Shown piece after piece: positions 1 through 8,378 of a stretch of 22,830 nucleotides of DNA. The position numbers were made by a program, and so were the translations under genes. The DNA is taken from IMG/VR virus record IMGVR_UViG_2663763054_000006; one strand, 5' to 3'. Each line of letters opens with the position of its first letter. Positions within the stretch are counted from its first letter, which is position 1. This stretch comes from a virus. Its lineage: Duplodnaviria > Heunggongvirae > Uroviricota > Caudoviricetes. The notes under the pieces are model-generated. The model was not told the origin of the DNA, searched no databases, and saw nothing but the letters and a program-made list of their open reading frames with translations.

Positions 1-50
1 TTTTCTGCTCATTATTAGCTCCTTCTGATGCCATTCTATTTCAGGAAGGA

Positions 51-416
51 GTGTCCGTTAAACTCAGGCTACCTCAGTCTGCTGATTTGAGTCGCTACAG
101 TGGCACGGTGGTTAACCGTCCGACGTTTTTTGCTTTTGCAAAAGGCGCGGGTGTGATGGGGGAAGCGGGACCTGAAGCCATTCTGCCACTGCGTCGCGGT
201 GCTGATGGTAAGCTGGGGGGTGTGGCGGATACTGGTGGTTCAGGCATGGTGATGTTTGCCCCGCAGTACAACATTGAGATCAATAACGATGGCACGAACG
301 GGCAGATAGGTCCGGCTGCCCTGAAGGTGGTTTATGACCTCGGGAAAAAAGCGGCCGCGGACTTTATGCAACAGCAGGCCCGTGATGGTGGCCGGTTAAG
401 TGGAGCATACCGGTAA
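51..416 (+). CDS. H: C-terminal fragment of tail tape-measure protein (gpH-like), 121 aa from a GTG; stop overlaps the M start (TAATG)
   Basis: Sits immediately upstream of M with a 1-nt stop/start overlap, as in the lambda H-M arrangement. The upstream 50 nt are AT-rich with rare codons and, in copy 2, carry an in-frame TAG, so only the 3' end of H is present. Assignment is by position, not by recognised sequence. Confidence 0.5.
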   Translation: MSVKLRLPQSADLSRYSGTVVNRPTFFAFAKGAGVMGEAGPEAILPLRRGADGKLGGVADTGGSGMVMFAPQYNIEINNDGTNGQIGPAALKVVYDLGKKAAADFMQQQARDGGRLSGAYR

Positions 417-745
417 TGGAGACGTTTCACTGGAAAGTGCGCCCGGATATGAATGTGGTATCAGAGCCGAAAGTGGTGACAGTGAAGCTGGGCGATGGTT
501 ATGAACAGCGTCGTGCGGCGGGACTGAATAACCAGTTGTCGACTTACAGCGTGAAGATACGTGTTCGTAAAGGTGAACACCCATTTTTAAAAGCCTTTCT
601 GGAACGGCACGGTGGCGTCCGCGCATTTCAGTGGACGCCACCTTATGACTGGAAGCCGATCAGGGTGGTTTGTCGTAAATGGTCGGCAAGCGTGGGGGCG
701 TTGTGGGTAACCATAACGGCAGATTTTGAACAGGTCGTGGCATAG
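416..745 (+). CDS. M: Minor tail protein M (109 aa)
   Basis: 109-aa ORF (MxTFxWKV... GDGYxQR... WTPPY... FEQVV) in the lambda M position and of lambda M length; AGGAGG lies 4 nt upstream of the next gene. Confidence 0.85.
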   Translation: METFHWKVRPDMNVVSEPKVVTVKLGDGYEQRRAAGLNNQLSTYSVKIRVRKGEHPFLKAFLERHGGVRAFQWTPPYDWKPIRVVCRKWSASVGALWVTITADFEQVVA

Positions 746-754
746 GAGGCTCTG

Positions 755-1453
755 ATGCAGGATATTCCACAGGAAACACATCATGAGACGACACGCCTCA
801 CTCAGTCAGCCCAGGTGGTGCTCTGGGAAATCGATCTGACAGAGGTCGGTGGAGAACGTTATTTTTTCTGTAATGAGCAGAACGAAAAAGGTGAGCCGGT
901 TACCTGGCAGGGGCGGCAGTATCAGGCATACCCCATTCAGGGGACGGGATTTGAACTGAACGGCAAGGGCAGTGCTGCCCGTCCGACACTGACGGTTTCT
1001 AACCTGCACGGAATGGTCACCGGGATGGCGGAAGACCTGCAGAGTCTGGTCGGCGGAACGGTGGTCAGGCGTAAGGTTTACGCCCGTTTTCTGGATGCGG
1101 TGAACTTCGTCAACGGAAACAGCGACGCCGATCCGGAACAGGAGGTGATCAGCCGCTGGCGCATCGAGCAGTGCAGCGAACTGAGCGCGGTCAGTGCCTC
1201 TTTTGTGCTGGCCACACCAACGGAGACGGATGGCGCGGTTTTCCCGGGGCGTATCATGCTGGCGAATACCTGTATGTGGACTTACCGTTCTGATGAGTGT
1301 GGTTACACGGGCAGGGCAGTGGCTGACGAGTTCGACAAACCAACGACGGATATCCGGAAGGACAAATGCAGCAAGTGTATGCGCGGGTGTGAGTTGCGCA
1401 ACAATACCGGTAATTTCGGCGGTTTCCTTTCCATCAATAAACTTTCTCAGTAA
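755..1453 (+). CDS. L: Minor tail protein L (232 aa) with C-terminal Cys cluster
   Basis: 232 aa, the length of lambda gpL. AGGAGG is at 745-750, 4 nt before the ATG. C-terminal cysteines (CMWTYRSDECGYTG ... CSKCMRGC) are consistent with the reported Fe-S-binding gpL family. Gene order M-L-K-I-J. Confidence 0.85.
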   Translation: MQDIPQETHHETTRLTQSAQVVLWEIDLTEVGGERYFFCNEQNEKGEPVTWQGRQYQAYPIQGTGFELNGKGSAARPTLTVSNLHGMVTGMAEDLQSLVGGTVVRRKVYARFLDAVNFVNGNSDADPEQEVISRWRIEQCSELSAVSASFVLATPTETDGAVFPGRIMLANTCMWTYRSDECGYTGRAVADEFDKPTTDIRKDKCSKCMRGCELRNNTGNFGGFLSINKLSQ

Positions 1454-1457
1454 ATCC

Positions 1458-2201
1458 ATGACACAGACAGAATCAGCGATTCTGGCGCACGCCCGGCGAT
1501 GTGCTCCAGCGGAGTCGTGCGGCTTCGTGGTAAGAACGCCGGAGGGGGAAAGATATTTCCCCTGCGTGAATATCTCCGGTGAGCCGGAGGCGTATTTCCG
1601 TATGTCGCCGGAAGACTGGCTGCAGGCAGAGATGCAGGGTGAGATTGTGGCACTGGTCCACAGCCACCCCGGTGGTCTGCCCTGGCTGAGTGAGGCCGAC
1701 CGGCGGCTGCAGGTGCAGAGTGATTTGCCGTGGTGGCTGGTCTGCCGGGGGGCGATTCACAAGTTCCGCTGTGTGCCGCATCTCACCGGGCGGCGCTTTG
1801 AGCACGGGGTGACGGACTGTTACACGCTGTTCCGGGATGCTTATCATCTGGCAGGGATTGAGATGCCGGATTTTCATCGCGGGGATGACTGGTGGCGTAA
1901 CGGTCAGAATCTCTATCTTGACAATATGGAGGTGACGGGTTTTTACCGTGTCGCACTGACAGAGGCACAGCCGGGCGATGTGCTGCTGTGCTGTTTTGGT
2001 TCATCGGTGCCGAATCATGCCGCCATTTACTGCGGTGACGGCGGGCTGCTGCACCATATTCCTGAACAACTGAGCAAACGAGAGAGGTACACCGACAAAT
2101 GGCAGCGACGCACACACTCCCTCTGGCGTCACCGGGCATGGCGCGCATCTGCCTTTACGGGGATTTACAACGATTTGGTCGCCGCATCGACCTTCGTGTG
2201 A
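1458..2201 (+). CDS. K: Tail assembly protein K, MPN/JAMM plus NlpC/P60 domains (247 aa if started at 1458; 199 aa if started at the internal ATG 1602)
   Basis: JAMM motif HSHPGGLPWLSEAD (HxHx7Sx2D); NlpC/P60-like Cys (DCYTLF) and His (HAAIY). The ATG at 1458 is 4 nt after the L stop; the internal ATG at 1602 is preceded by GGAGG. The 3' end overlaps I by 103 nt. Confidence 0.8.
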   Translation: MTQTESAILAHARRCAPAESCGFVVRTPEGERYFPCVNISGEPEAYFRMSPEDWLQAEMQGEIVALVHSHPGGLPWLSEADRRLQVQSDLPWWLVCRGAIHKFRCVPHLTGRRFEHGVTDCYTLFRDAYHLAGIEMPDFHRGDDWWRNGQNLYLDNMEVTGFYRVALTEAQPGDVLLCCFGSSVPNHAAIYCGDGGLLHHIPEQLSKRERYTDKWQRRTHSLWRHRAWRASAFTGIYNDLVAASTFV

Positions 2202-2740
2202 AAACGGGGGCTGAAGCCATCCGGGCACTGGCCACACAGCTCCCGGCGTTTCGTCAGAAACTGAGTGACGGCTGGTATCAGGTGCGCATTGCCGGGCGTG
2301 ATGCAGGTGAAACCGAATTGTCTGCCCGTCTTAATGAGCCGCTGGCAAATGGTGCAGTGATCCACATAGTACCGCGTCTGGTGGGAGCTAAAAGTGGCGG
2401 TGTGTTTCAGGCGGTGCTGGGGGCGGCTGTTATGGCGGTTGCTATATGGATGCCGGGGGTAGGAATTATGGCGAGTAATCTGCTGTTTTCTCTCGGTGCC
2501 AGTATGACGCTTGGCGGTGTTGCACAGATGCTGGCACCGAAAGCCAGAACTCCCCGTACACAGACAACGGATAACGGTAAGCAGAACACGTATTTCTCGT
2601 CACTGGATAACATGGTTGCCCAGGGCAATGTTCTGCCCGTTCTGTACGGTGAAATGCGCGTGGGGTCACGTGTGGTTTCTCAGGAGATCAGCACGGCAGA
2701 CGAAGGGGATGGTGGTCAGGTTGTGGTGATTGGTCGCTGA
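2099..2740 (+). CDS. I: Tail assembly protein I (213-aa variant)
   Basis: Starts MAATHTLPLASPGMARICLYGDLQRFGRRIDLRVKTGAEAIRALATQLP; has a hydrophobic Gly/Ala-rich segment and the conserved C-terminus ...EISTADEGDGGQVVVIGR. GAGAGG SD 11 nt upstream; overlaps the K 3' end in another frame. Confidence 0.85.
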   Translation: MAATHTLPLASPGMARICLYGDLQRFGRRIDLRVKTGAEAIRALATQLPAFRQKLSDGWYQVRIAGRDAGETELSARLNEPLANGAVIHIVPRLVGAKSGGVFQAVLGAAVMAVAIWMPGVGIMASNLLFSLGASMTLGGVAQMLAPKARTPRTQTTDNGKQNTYFSSLDNMVAQGNVLPVLYGEMRVGSRVVSQEISTADEGDGGQVVVIGR

Positions 2741-2757
2741 TGCAAAATGTTTTATGT

Positions 2758-2779
2758 GAAACCGCCTGCGGGCGGTTTT
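2758..2779 (+). terminator. Conserved I-J intergenic hairpin (AAACCGCC-TGCG-GGCGGTTT) followed by a T-rich tract
   Basis: 8-bp stem with a UNCG-type loop, directly followed by TTTTGTCGTTT. Recurs at 6431-6451, 8966-8987 (with wobble-compatible change) and 10415-10435. Confidence 0.35.
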
Positions 2780-2800
2780 GTCGTTTATGGAGCGTGAGGA

Positions 2801-3622
2801 ATGGGTAAAGGCAGCAGTAAGGGGCATACCCCGCGCGAAGCGAAGGACAACCTGAAATCCACGCAGTTGCTGAGTGTGATTGATGCCATCAGCGAAGGGC
2901 CGGTTGACGGTCCGGTGGATGGATTAAAAAGCGTGCTGCTGAACGGTACGCCGGTCCTGGACAGCGAGGGGAAGACAAACTTTTCCGGTGTTACGGTGGT
3001 GTTCCGTGCAGGTGAGCAGGAGCAGACACCGCCGGAGGGTTTTGAATCCTCCGGCTCCGAGACGGTGCTGGGTACGGAAGTGAAATATGACACGCCGATC
3101 ACCCGGACCATCACGTCGGCAAACATCGACCGTCTGCGCCTGACCTTCGGTGTGCAGGCACTGGTGGAAACCACCTCAAAGGGTGACCGGAATCCGTCGG
3201 AAGTCCGCCTGCTGGTTCAGATACAGCGTAACGGTGGCTGGGTGACGGAAAAAGACATCACCATTAAGGGCAAAACCACTTCGCAGTATCTGGCCTCGGT
3301 GGTGGTGGGTAACCTGCCGCCGCGCCCGTTTAATATCCGGATGCGCAGGATGACACCGGACAGCACCACAGACCAGCTGCAGAACAAAACGCTCTGGTCG
3401 TCGTACACCGAAATCATCGATGTGAAACAGTGCTACCCGAACACGGCGCTGGTCGGCGTGCAGGTGGATTCAGAGCAGTTCGGTAACCAGCAGGTGAGTC
3501 GCAATTATCATCTTCGCGGGCGCATTCTGCAGGTGCCGTCGAACTATAACCCGCAGACGCGGCAATACAGCGGTATCTGGGACGGAACGCTTAAGCCAGC
3601 ATACAGCAACAACATGGCCTGG
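2801..3622 (+). CDS. J: Host-specificity / central tail fibre protein J, N-terminal fragment (aa 1-274), cut off at the N-marked junction
   Basis: MGKGSSKGHTPREAKDNLKSTQLLSVIDAISEGPVDG... continues colinearly in the other copies ([12 protein letters not shown]...), but here is followed by N at 3623 and unrelated sequence. Confidence 0.8.
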
Positions 3623-3672
3623 NGAACCGTTCTGACAGCTTCGGCTTTGAACTCTTTAGAGTAACGTTGGGT
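3623..3672. other. Breakpoint: N at 3623 plus about 49 nt of unassigned sequence linking truncated J to a second copy of the module
   Basis: Sequence after the N does not continue J; from 3673 it is identical to window positions 1 onward. Confidence 0.7.
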
Positions 3673-3722
3673 TTTTCTGCTCATTATTAGCTCCTTCTGA
3701 TGCCATTCTATTTCAGGAAGGA

Positions 3723-4088
3723 GTGTCCGTTAAACTCAGGCTACCTCAGTCTGCTGATTTGAGTCGCTACAGTGGCACGGTGGTTAACCGTCCGACGTTT
3801 TTTGCTTTTGCAAAAGGCGCGGGTGTGATGGGGGAAGCGGGACCTGAAGCCATTCTGCCACTGCGTCGCGGTGCTGATGGTAAGCTGGGGGGTGTGGCGG
3901 ATACTGGTGGTTCAGGCATGGTGATGTTTGCCCCGCAGTACAACATTGAGATCAATAACGATGGCACGAACGGGCAGATAGGTCCGGCTGCCCTGAAGGT
4001 GGTTTATGACCTCGGGAAAAAAGCGGCCGCGGACTTTATGCAACAGCAGGCCCGTGATGGTGGCCGGTTAAGTGGAGCATACCGGTAA
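3723..4088 (+). CDS. H: gpH-like C-terminal fragment, copy 2
   Basis: Identical to 51-416; in-frame TAG at 3657-3659 upstream. Confidence 0.5.
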   Translation: MSVKLRLPQSADLSRYSGTVVNRPTFFAFAKGAGVMGEAGPEAILPLRRGADGKLGGVADTGGSGMVMFAPQYNIEINNDGTNGQIGPAALKVVYDLGKKAAADFMQQQARDGGRLSGAYR

Positions 4089-4417
4089 TGGAGACGTTTC
4101 ACTGGAAAGTGCGCCCGGATATGAATGTGGTATCAGAGCCGAAAGTGGTGACAGTGAAGCTGGGCGATGGTTATGAACAGCGTCGTGCGGCGGGACTGAA
4201 TAACCAGTTGTCGACTTACAGCGTGAAGATACGTGTTCGTAAAGGTGAACACCCATTTTTAAAAGCCTTTCTGGAACGGCACGGTGGCGTCCGCGCATTT
4301 CAGTGGACGCCACCTTATGACTGGAAGCCGATCAGGGTGGTTTGTCGTAAATGGTCGGCAAGCGTGGGGGCGTTGTGGGTAACCATAACGGCAGATTTTG
4401 AACAGGTCGTGGCATAG
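4088..4417 (+). CDS. M: Minor tail protein M, copy 2
   Basis: Identical protein to 416-745. Confidence 0.85.
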   Translation: METFHWKVRPDMNVVSEPKVVTVKLGDGYEQRRAAGLNNQLSTYSVKIRVRKGEHPFLKAFLERHGGVRAFQWTPPYDWKPIRVVCRKWSASVGALWVTITADFEQVVA

Positions 4418-4426
4418 GAGGCTCTG

Positions 4427-5125
4427 ATGCAGGATATTCCACAGGAAACACATCATGAGACGACACGCCTCACTCAGTCAGCCCAGGTGGTGCTCTGGGA
4501 AATCGATCTGACAGAGGTCGGTGGTGAACGTTATTTTTTCTGTAATGAGCAGAACGAAAAAGGTGAGCCGGTTACCTGGCAGGGGCGGCAGTATCAGGCA
4601 TACCCCATTCAGGGGACGGGATTTGAACTGAACGGCAAGGGCAGTGCTGCCCGTCCGACACTGACGGTTTCTAACCTGCACGGAATGGTCACCGGGATGG
4701 CGGAAGACCTGCAGAGTCTGGTCGGCGGAACGGTGGTCAGGCGTAAGGTTTACGCCCGTTTTCTGGATGCGGTGAACTTCGTCAACGGAAACAGCGACGC
4801 CGATCCGGAACAGGAGGTGATCAGCCGCTGGCGCATCGAGCAGTGCAGCGAACTGAGCGCGGTCAGTGCCTCTTTTGTGCTGGCCACACCAACGGAGACG
4901 GATGGCGCGGTTTTCCCGGGGCGTATCATGCTGGCGAATACCTGTATGTGGACTTACCGTTCTGATGAGTGTGGTTACACGGGCAGGGCAGTGGCTGACG
5001 AGTTCGACAAACCAACGACGGATATCCGGAAGGACAAATGCAGCAAGTGTATGCGCGGGTGTGAGTTGCGCAACAATACCGGTAATTTCGGCGGTTTCCT
5101 TTCCATCAATAAACTTTCTCAGTAA
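4427..5125 (+). CDS. L: Minor tail protein L, copy 2
   Basis: Identical protein to 755-1453. Confidence 0.85.
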   Translation: MQDIPQETHHETTRLTQSAQVVLWEIDLTEVGGERYFFCNEQNEKGEPVTWQGRQYQAYPIQGTGFELNGKGSAARPTLTVSNLHGMVTGMAEDLQSLVGGTVVRRKVYARFLDAVNFVNGNSDADPEQEVISRWRIEQCSELSAVSASFVLATPTETDGAVFPGRIMLANTCMWTYRSDECGYTGRAVADEFDKPTTDIRKDKCSKCMRGCELRNNTGNFGGFLSINKLSQ

Positions 5126-5129
5126 ATCC

Positions 5130-5873
5130 ATGACACAGACAGAATCAGCGATTCTGGCGCACGCCCGGCGATGTGCGCCAGCGGAGTCGTGTGGCTTCGT
5201 GGTAAGAACGCCGGAGGGAGACAGGTATCTTCCCAGCGAGAATATCTCCGGTGAGCCGGAGGAACGGTTCCGGATGGCTCCGGAGGACTGGCTGCGGGCA
5301 CAAATGCAGGGTGAGATTGTGGCGCTGGTCCACAGTCATCCCGGTGGTCTGCCCTGGCTGAGTGAGGCTGACCGGCGGCTGCAGGTGCAGAGTGATTTGC
5401 CGTGGTGGCTGGTCTGCCGGGGGGCGATTCACAAGTTCCGCTGTGTGCCGCATCTCACCGGGCGGCGCTTTGAGCACGGGGTGACGGACTGTTACACGCT
5501 GTTCCGGGATGCTTACCATCTGGCGGGGATTGAGATGCCGGATTTTCATCGTGAGGATGACTGGTGGCGTCACGGTCAGAATCTCTATCTGGATAATCTG
5601 GAGGCCACAGGGCTGTATCAGGTGCCGTTGTCAGCGGCGCAGCCGGGCGATGTGCTGCTGTGCTGTTTTGGTTCATCGGTGCCGAATCATGCCGCCATTT
5701 ACTGCGGTGACGGCGGGCTGCTGCACCATATTCCTGAACAACTGAGCAAACGAGAGAGGTACACCGACAAATGGCAGCGACGCACACACTCCCTCTGGCG
5801 TCACCGGGCATGGCGCGCATCTGCCTTTACGGGGATTTACAACGATTTGGTCGCCGCATCGACCTTCGTGTGA
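5130..5873 (+). CDS. K: Tail assembly protein K, copy 2 (distinct allele)
   Basis: Same JAMM and NlpC/P60 motifs; clustered amino-acid differences from copy 1 in two patches. Internal ATG at 5274 is preceded by GGAGG. Confidence 0.8.
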   Translation: MTQTESAILAHARRCAPAESCGFVVRTPEGDRYLPSENISGEPEERFRMAPEDWLRAQMQGEIVALVHSHPGGLPWLSEADRRLQVQSDLPWWLVCRGAIHKFRCVPHLTGRRFEHGVTDCYTLFRDAYHLAGIEMPDFHREDDWWRHGQNLYLDNLEATGLYQVPLSAAQPGDVLLCCFGSSVPNHAAIYCGDGGLLHHIPEQLSKRERYTDKWQRRTHSLWRHRAWRASAFTGIYNDLVAASTFV

Positions 5874-6412
5874 AAACGGGGGCTGAAGCCATCCGGGCAC
5901 TGGCCACACAGCTCCCGGCGTTTCGTCAGAAACTGAGTGACGGCTGGTATCAGGTGCGCATTGCCGGGCGTGATGCAGGTGAAACCGAATTGTCTGCCCG
6001 TCTTAATGAGCCGCTGGCAAATGGTGCAGTGATCCACATAGTACCGCGTCTGGTGGGAGCTAAAAGTGGCGGTGTGTTTCAGGCGGTGCTGGGGGCGGCT
6101 GTTATGGCGGTTGCTATATGGATGCCGGGGGTAGGAATTATGGCGAGTAATCTGCTGTTTTCTCTCGGTGCCAGTATGACGCTTGGCGGTGTTGCACAGA
6201 TGCTGGCACCGAAAGCCAGAACTCCCCGCACACAGACAACGGATAACGGTAAGCAGAACACCTATTTCTCCTCACTGGATAACATGGTTGCCCAGGGCAA
6301 TGTTCTGCCCGTTCTGTACGGTGAAATGCGCGTGGGGTCACGTGTGGTTTCTCAGGAGATCAGCACGGCAGACGAAGGGGACGGTGGTCAGGTTGTGGTG
6401 ATTGGTCGCTGA
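5771..6412 (+). CDS. I: Tail assembly protein I, copy 2 (213 aa)
   Basis: Identical protein to 2099-2740. Confidence 0.85.
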   Translation: MAATHTLPLASPGMARICLYGDLQRFGRRIDLRVKTGAEAIRALATQLPAFRQKLSDGWYQVRIAGRDAGETELSARLNEPLANGAVIHIVPRLVGAKSGGVFQAVLGAAVMAVAIWMPGVGIMASNLLFSLGASMTLGGVAQMLAPKARTPRTQTTDNGKQNTYFSSLDNMVAQGNVLPVLYGEMRVGSRVVSQEISTADEGDGGQVVVIGR

Positions 6413-6472
6413 TGCAAAATGTTTTATGTGAAACCGCCTGCGGGCGGTTTTGTCGTTTATGGAGCGTGAGGA

Positions 6473-7918
6473 ATGGGTAAAGGCAGCAGTAAGGGGCATA
6501 CCCCGCGCGAAGCGAAGGACAACCTGAAATCCACGCAGTTGCTGAGTGTGATTGATGCCATCAGCGAAGGGCCGGTTGACGGTCCGGTGGATGGATTAAA
6601 AAGCGTGCTGCTGAACGGTACGCCGGTCCTGGACAGCGAGGGGAAGACAAACTTTTCCGGTGTTACGGTGGTGTTCCGTGCAGGTGAGCAGGAGCAGACA
6701 CCGCCGGAGGGTTTTGAATCCTCCGGCTCCGAGACGGTGCTGGGTACGGAAGTGAAATATGACACGCCGATCACCCGGACCATCACGTCGGCAAACATCG
6801 ACCGTCTGCGCCTGACCTTCGGTGTGCAGGCACTGGTGGAAACCACCTCAAAGGGTGACCGGAATCCGTCGGAAGTCCGCCTGCTGGTTCAGATACAGCG
6901 TAACGGTGGCTGGGTGACGGAAAAAGACATCACCATTAAGGGCAAAACCACTTCGCAGTATCTGGCCTCGGTGGTGGTGGGTAACCTGCCGCCGCGCCCG
7001 TTTAATATCCGGATGCGCAGGATGACACCGGACAGCACCACAGACCAGCTGCAGAACAAAACGCTCTGGTCGTCGTACACCGAAATCATCGATGTGAAAC
7101 AGTGCTACCCGAACACGGCGCTGGTCGGCGTGCAGGTGGATTCAGAGCAGTTCGGTAACCAGCAGGTGAGTCGCAATTATCATCTTCGCGGGCGCATTCT
7201 GCAGGTGCCGTCGAACTATAACCCGCAGACGCGGCAATACAGCGGTATCTGGGACGGAACGCTTAAGCCAGCATACAGCAACAACATGGCCTGGTGTCTG
7301 TGGGACATGCTCACTCATCCGCGCTACGGCATGGGGAAACGTCTTGGTGCGGCAGATGTGGACAAATGGGCGCTGTATGTCATCGGCCAGTACTGCGACC
7401 AGTCAGTGACGGACGGATTTGGCGGCACGGAGCCGCGCATCACCTGTAACTCTTACCTGACCACACAGCGTAAGGCGTGGGATGTTCTCAGTGATTTCTG
7501 CTCGGCGATGCGCTGTATGCCGGTATGGAACGGACAGATGCTGACGTTCGTGCAGGACCGACCGTCGGATAAGGTGTGGACCTATAACCGCAGTAATGTG
7601 GTGATGCCGGACGATGGCGCGCCGTTCCGCTACAGCTTCAGCGCCCTGAAGGACCGCCATAATGCCGTTGAGGTGAACTGGATTGACCCAGATAACGGCT
7701 GGGAGACGGCGACAGAGCTTGTGGAGGATACGCAGGCCATTGCCCGTTACGGTCGTAATGTCACGAAGATGGATGCCTTTGGCTGTACCAGCCGGGGGCA
7801 GGCACACCGAGCCGGGCTGTGGCTGATTAAAACGGAACTGCTGGAAACGCAGACCGTGGACTTCAGCGTGGGCGCAGAAGGGCTTCGCCATGTACCGGGT
7901 GATGTCATTGAAATCTGC
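6473..7918 (+). CDS. J: J fragment (aa 1-482), ends at the N-marked junction at 7921
   Basis: Colinear J N-terminal region through ...[21 protein letters not shown], then N and mid-K sequence. Confidence 0.8.
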
Positions 7919-7922
7919 GANC

Positions 7923-8378
7923 CGGGGGGCGATTCACAAGTTCCGCTGTGTGCCACATCTTACCGGGCGGCGCTTTGAGCACGGGGTGACGGACTGTTAC
8001 ACGCTGTTCCGGGATGCTTACCATCTGGCGGGGATTGAGATGCCGGATTTTCATCGTGAGGATGACTGGTGGCGTCACGGTCAGAATCTCTATCTGGATA
8101 ATCTGGAGGCCACAGGGCTGTATCAGGTGCCGTTGTCAGCGGCGCAGCCGGGCGATGTGCTGCTGTGCTGTTTTGGTTCATCGGTGCCGAATCATGCCGC
8201 CATTTACTGTGGTGACGGCGAGCTGCTGCACCATATTCCTGAACAACTGAGCAAACGAGAGAGGTATACCGACAAATGGCAGCGACGCACACACTCCCTC
8301 TGGCGTCACCGGGCATGGCACGCATCTGCCTTTACGGGGATTTGCAACGATTTGGCCGCCGCATCGACCTTCGTGTGA
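7923..8378 (+). CDS. K: K C-terminal fragment (NlpC/P60 part, from about aa 97), joined to J at the N
   Basis: RGAIHKFRCVPHLTGRRFEHGVTDCYTLF... matches K internal sequence. No start codon context; begins at the breakpoint. Confidence 0.75.
   Translation, partial: RGAIHKFRCVPHLTGRRFEHGVTDCYTLFRDAYHLAGIEMPDFHREDDWWRHGQNLYLDNLEATGLYQVPLSAAQPGDVLLCCFGSSVPNHAAIYCGDGELLHHIPEQLSKRERYTDKWQRRTHSLWRHRAWHASAFTGICNDLAAASTFV

Larger units (their letters stand above)
3673..7294 (+). repeat. Direct repeat: second copy of window 1-3622 (offset 3672); near-identical except for substitution patches inside K
   Basis: ORF track gives identical proteins for H', M and L at +3672. K differs (for example TPEGERYFPCVNISGEPEAYFRMSPEDWLQAEMQ versus TPEGDRYLPSENISGEPEERFRMAPEDWLRAQMQ). 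Confidence 0.9.

Noticed and set aside
1-50. Eukaryote-like 3' splice acceptor look (branch-point-like CTGAT, pyrimidine tract, CAG) in the AT-rich segment, with a GTAACG about 56 nt upstream in copy 2
   Set aside because: The context is bacteriophage coding DNA. The match is short and is probably a coincidence of an AT- and pyrimidine-rich non-coding stretch. It could only be pursued by a database search of 3624-3722.
806-1459. 217-aa minus-strand ORF antisense to L (repeated at 4478-5131), and other 60-130-aa ORFs nested in M, K, I and J on either strand
   Set aside because: Nested inside or antisense to genes with clear family features and lambda-like synteny; no independent start signals.
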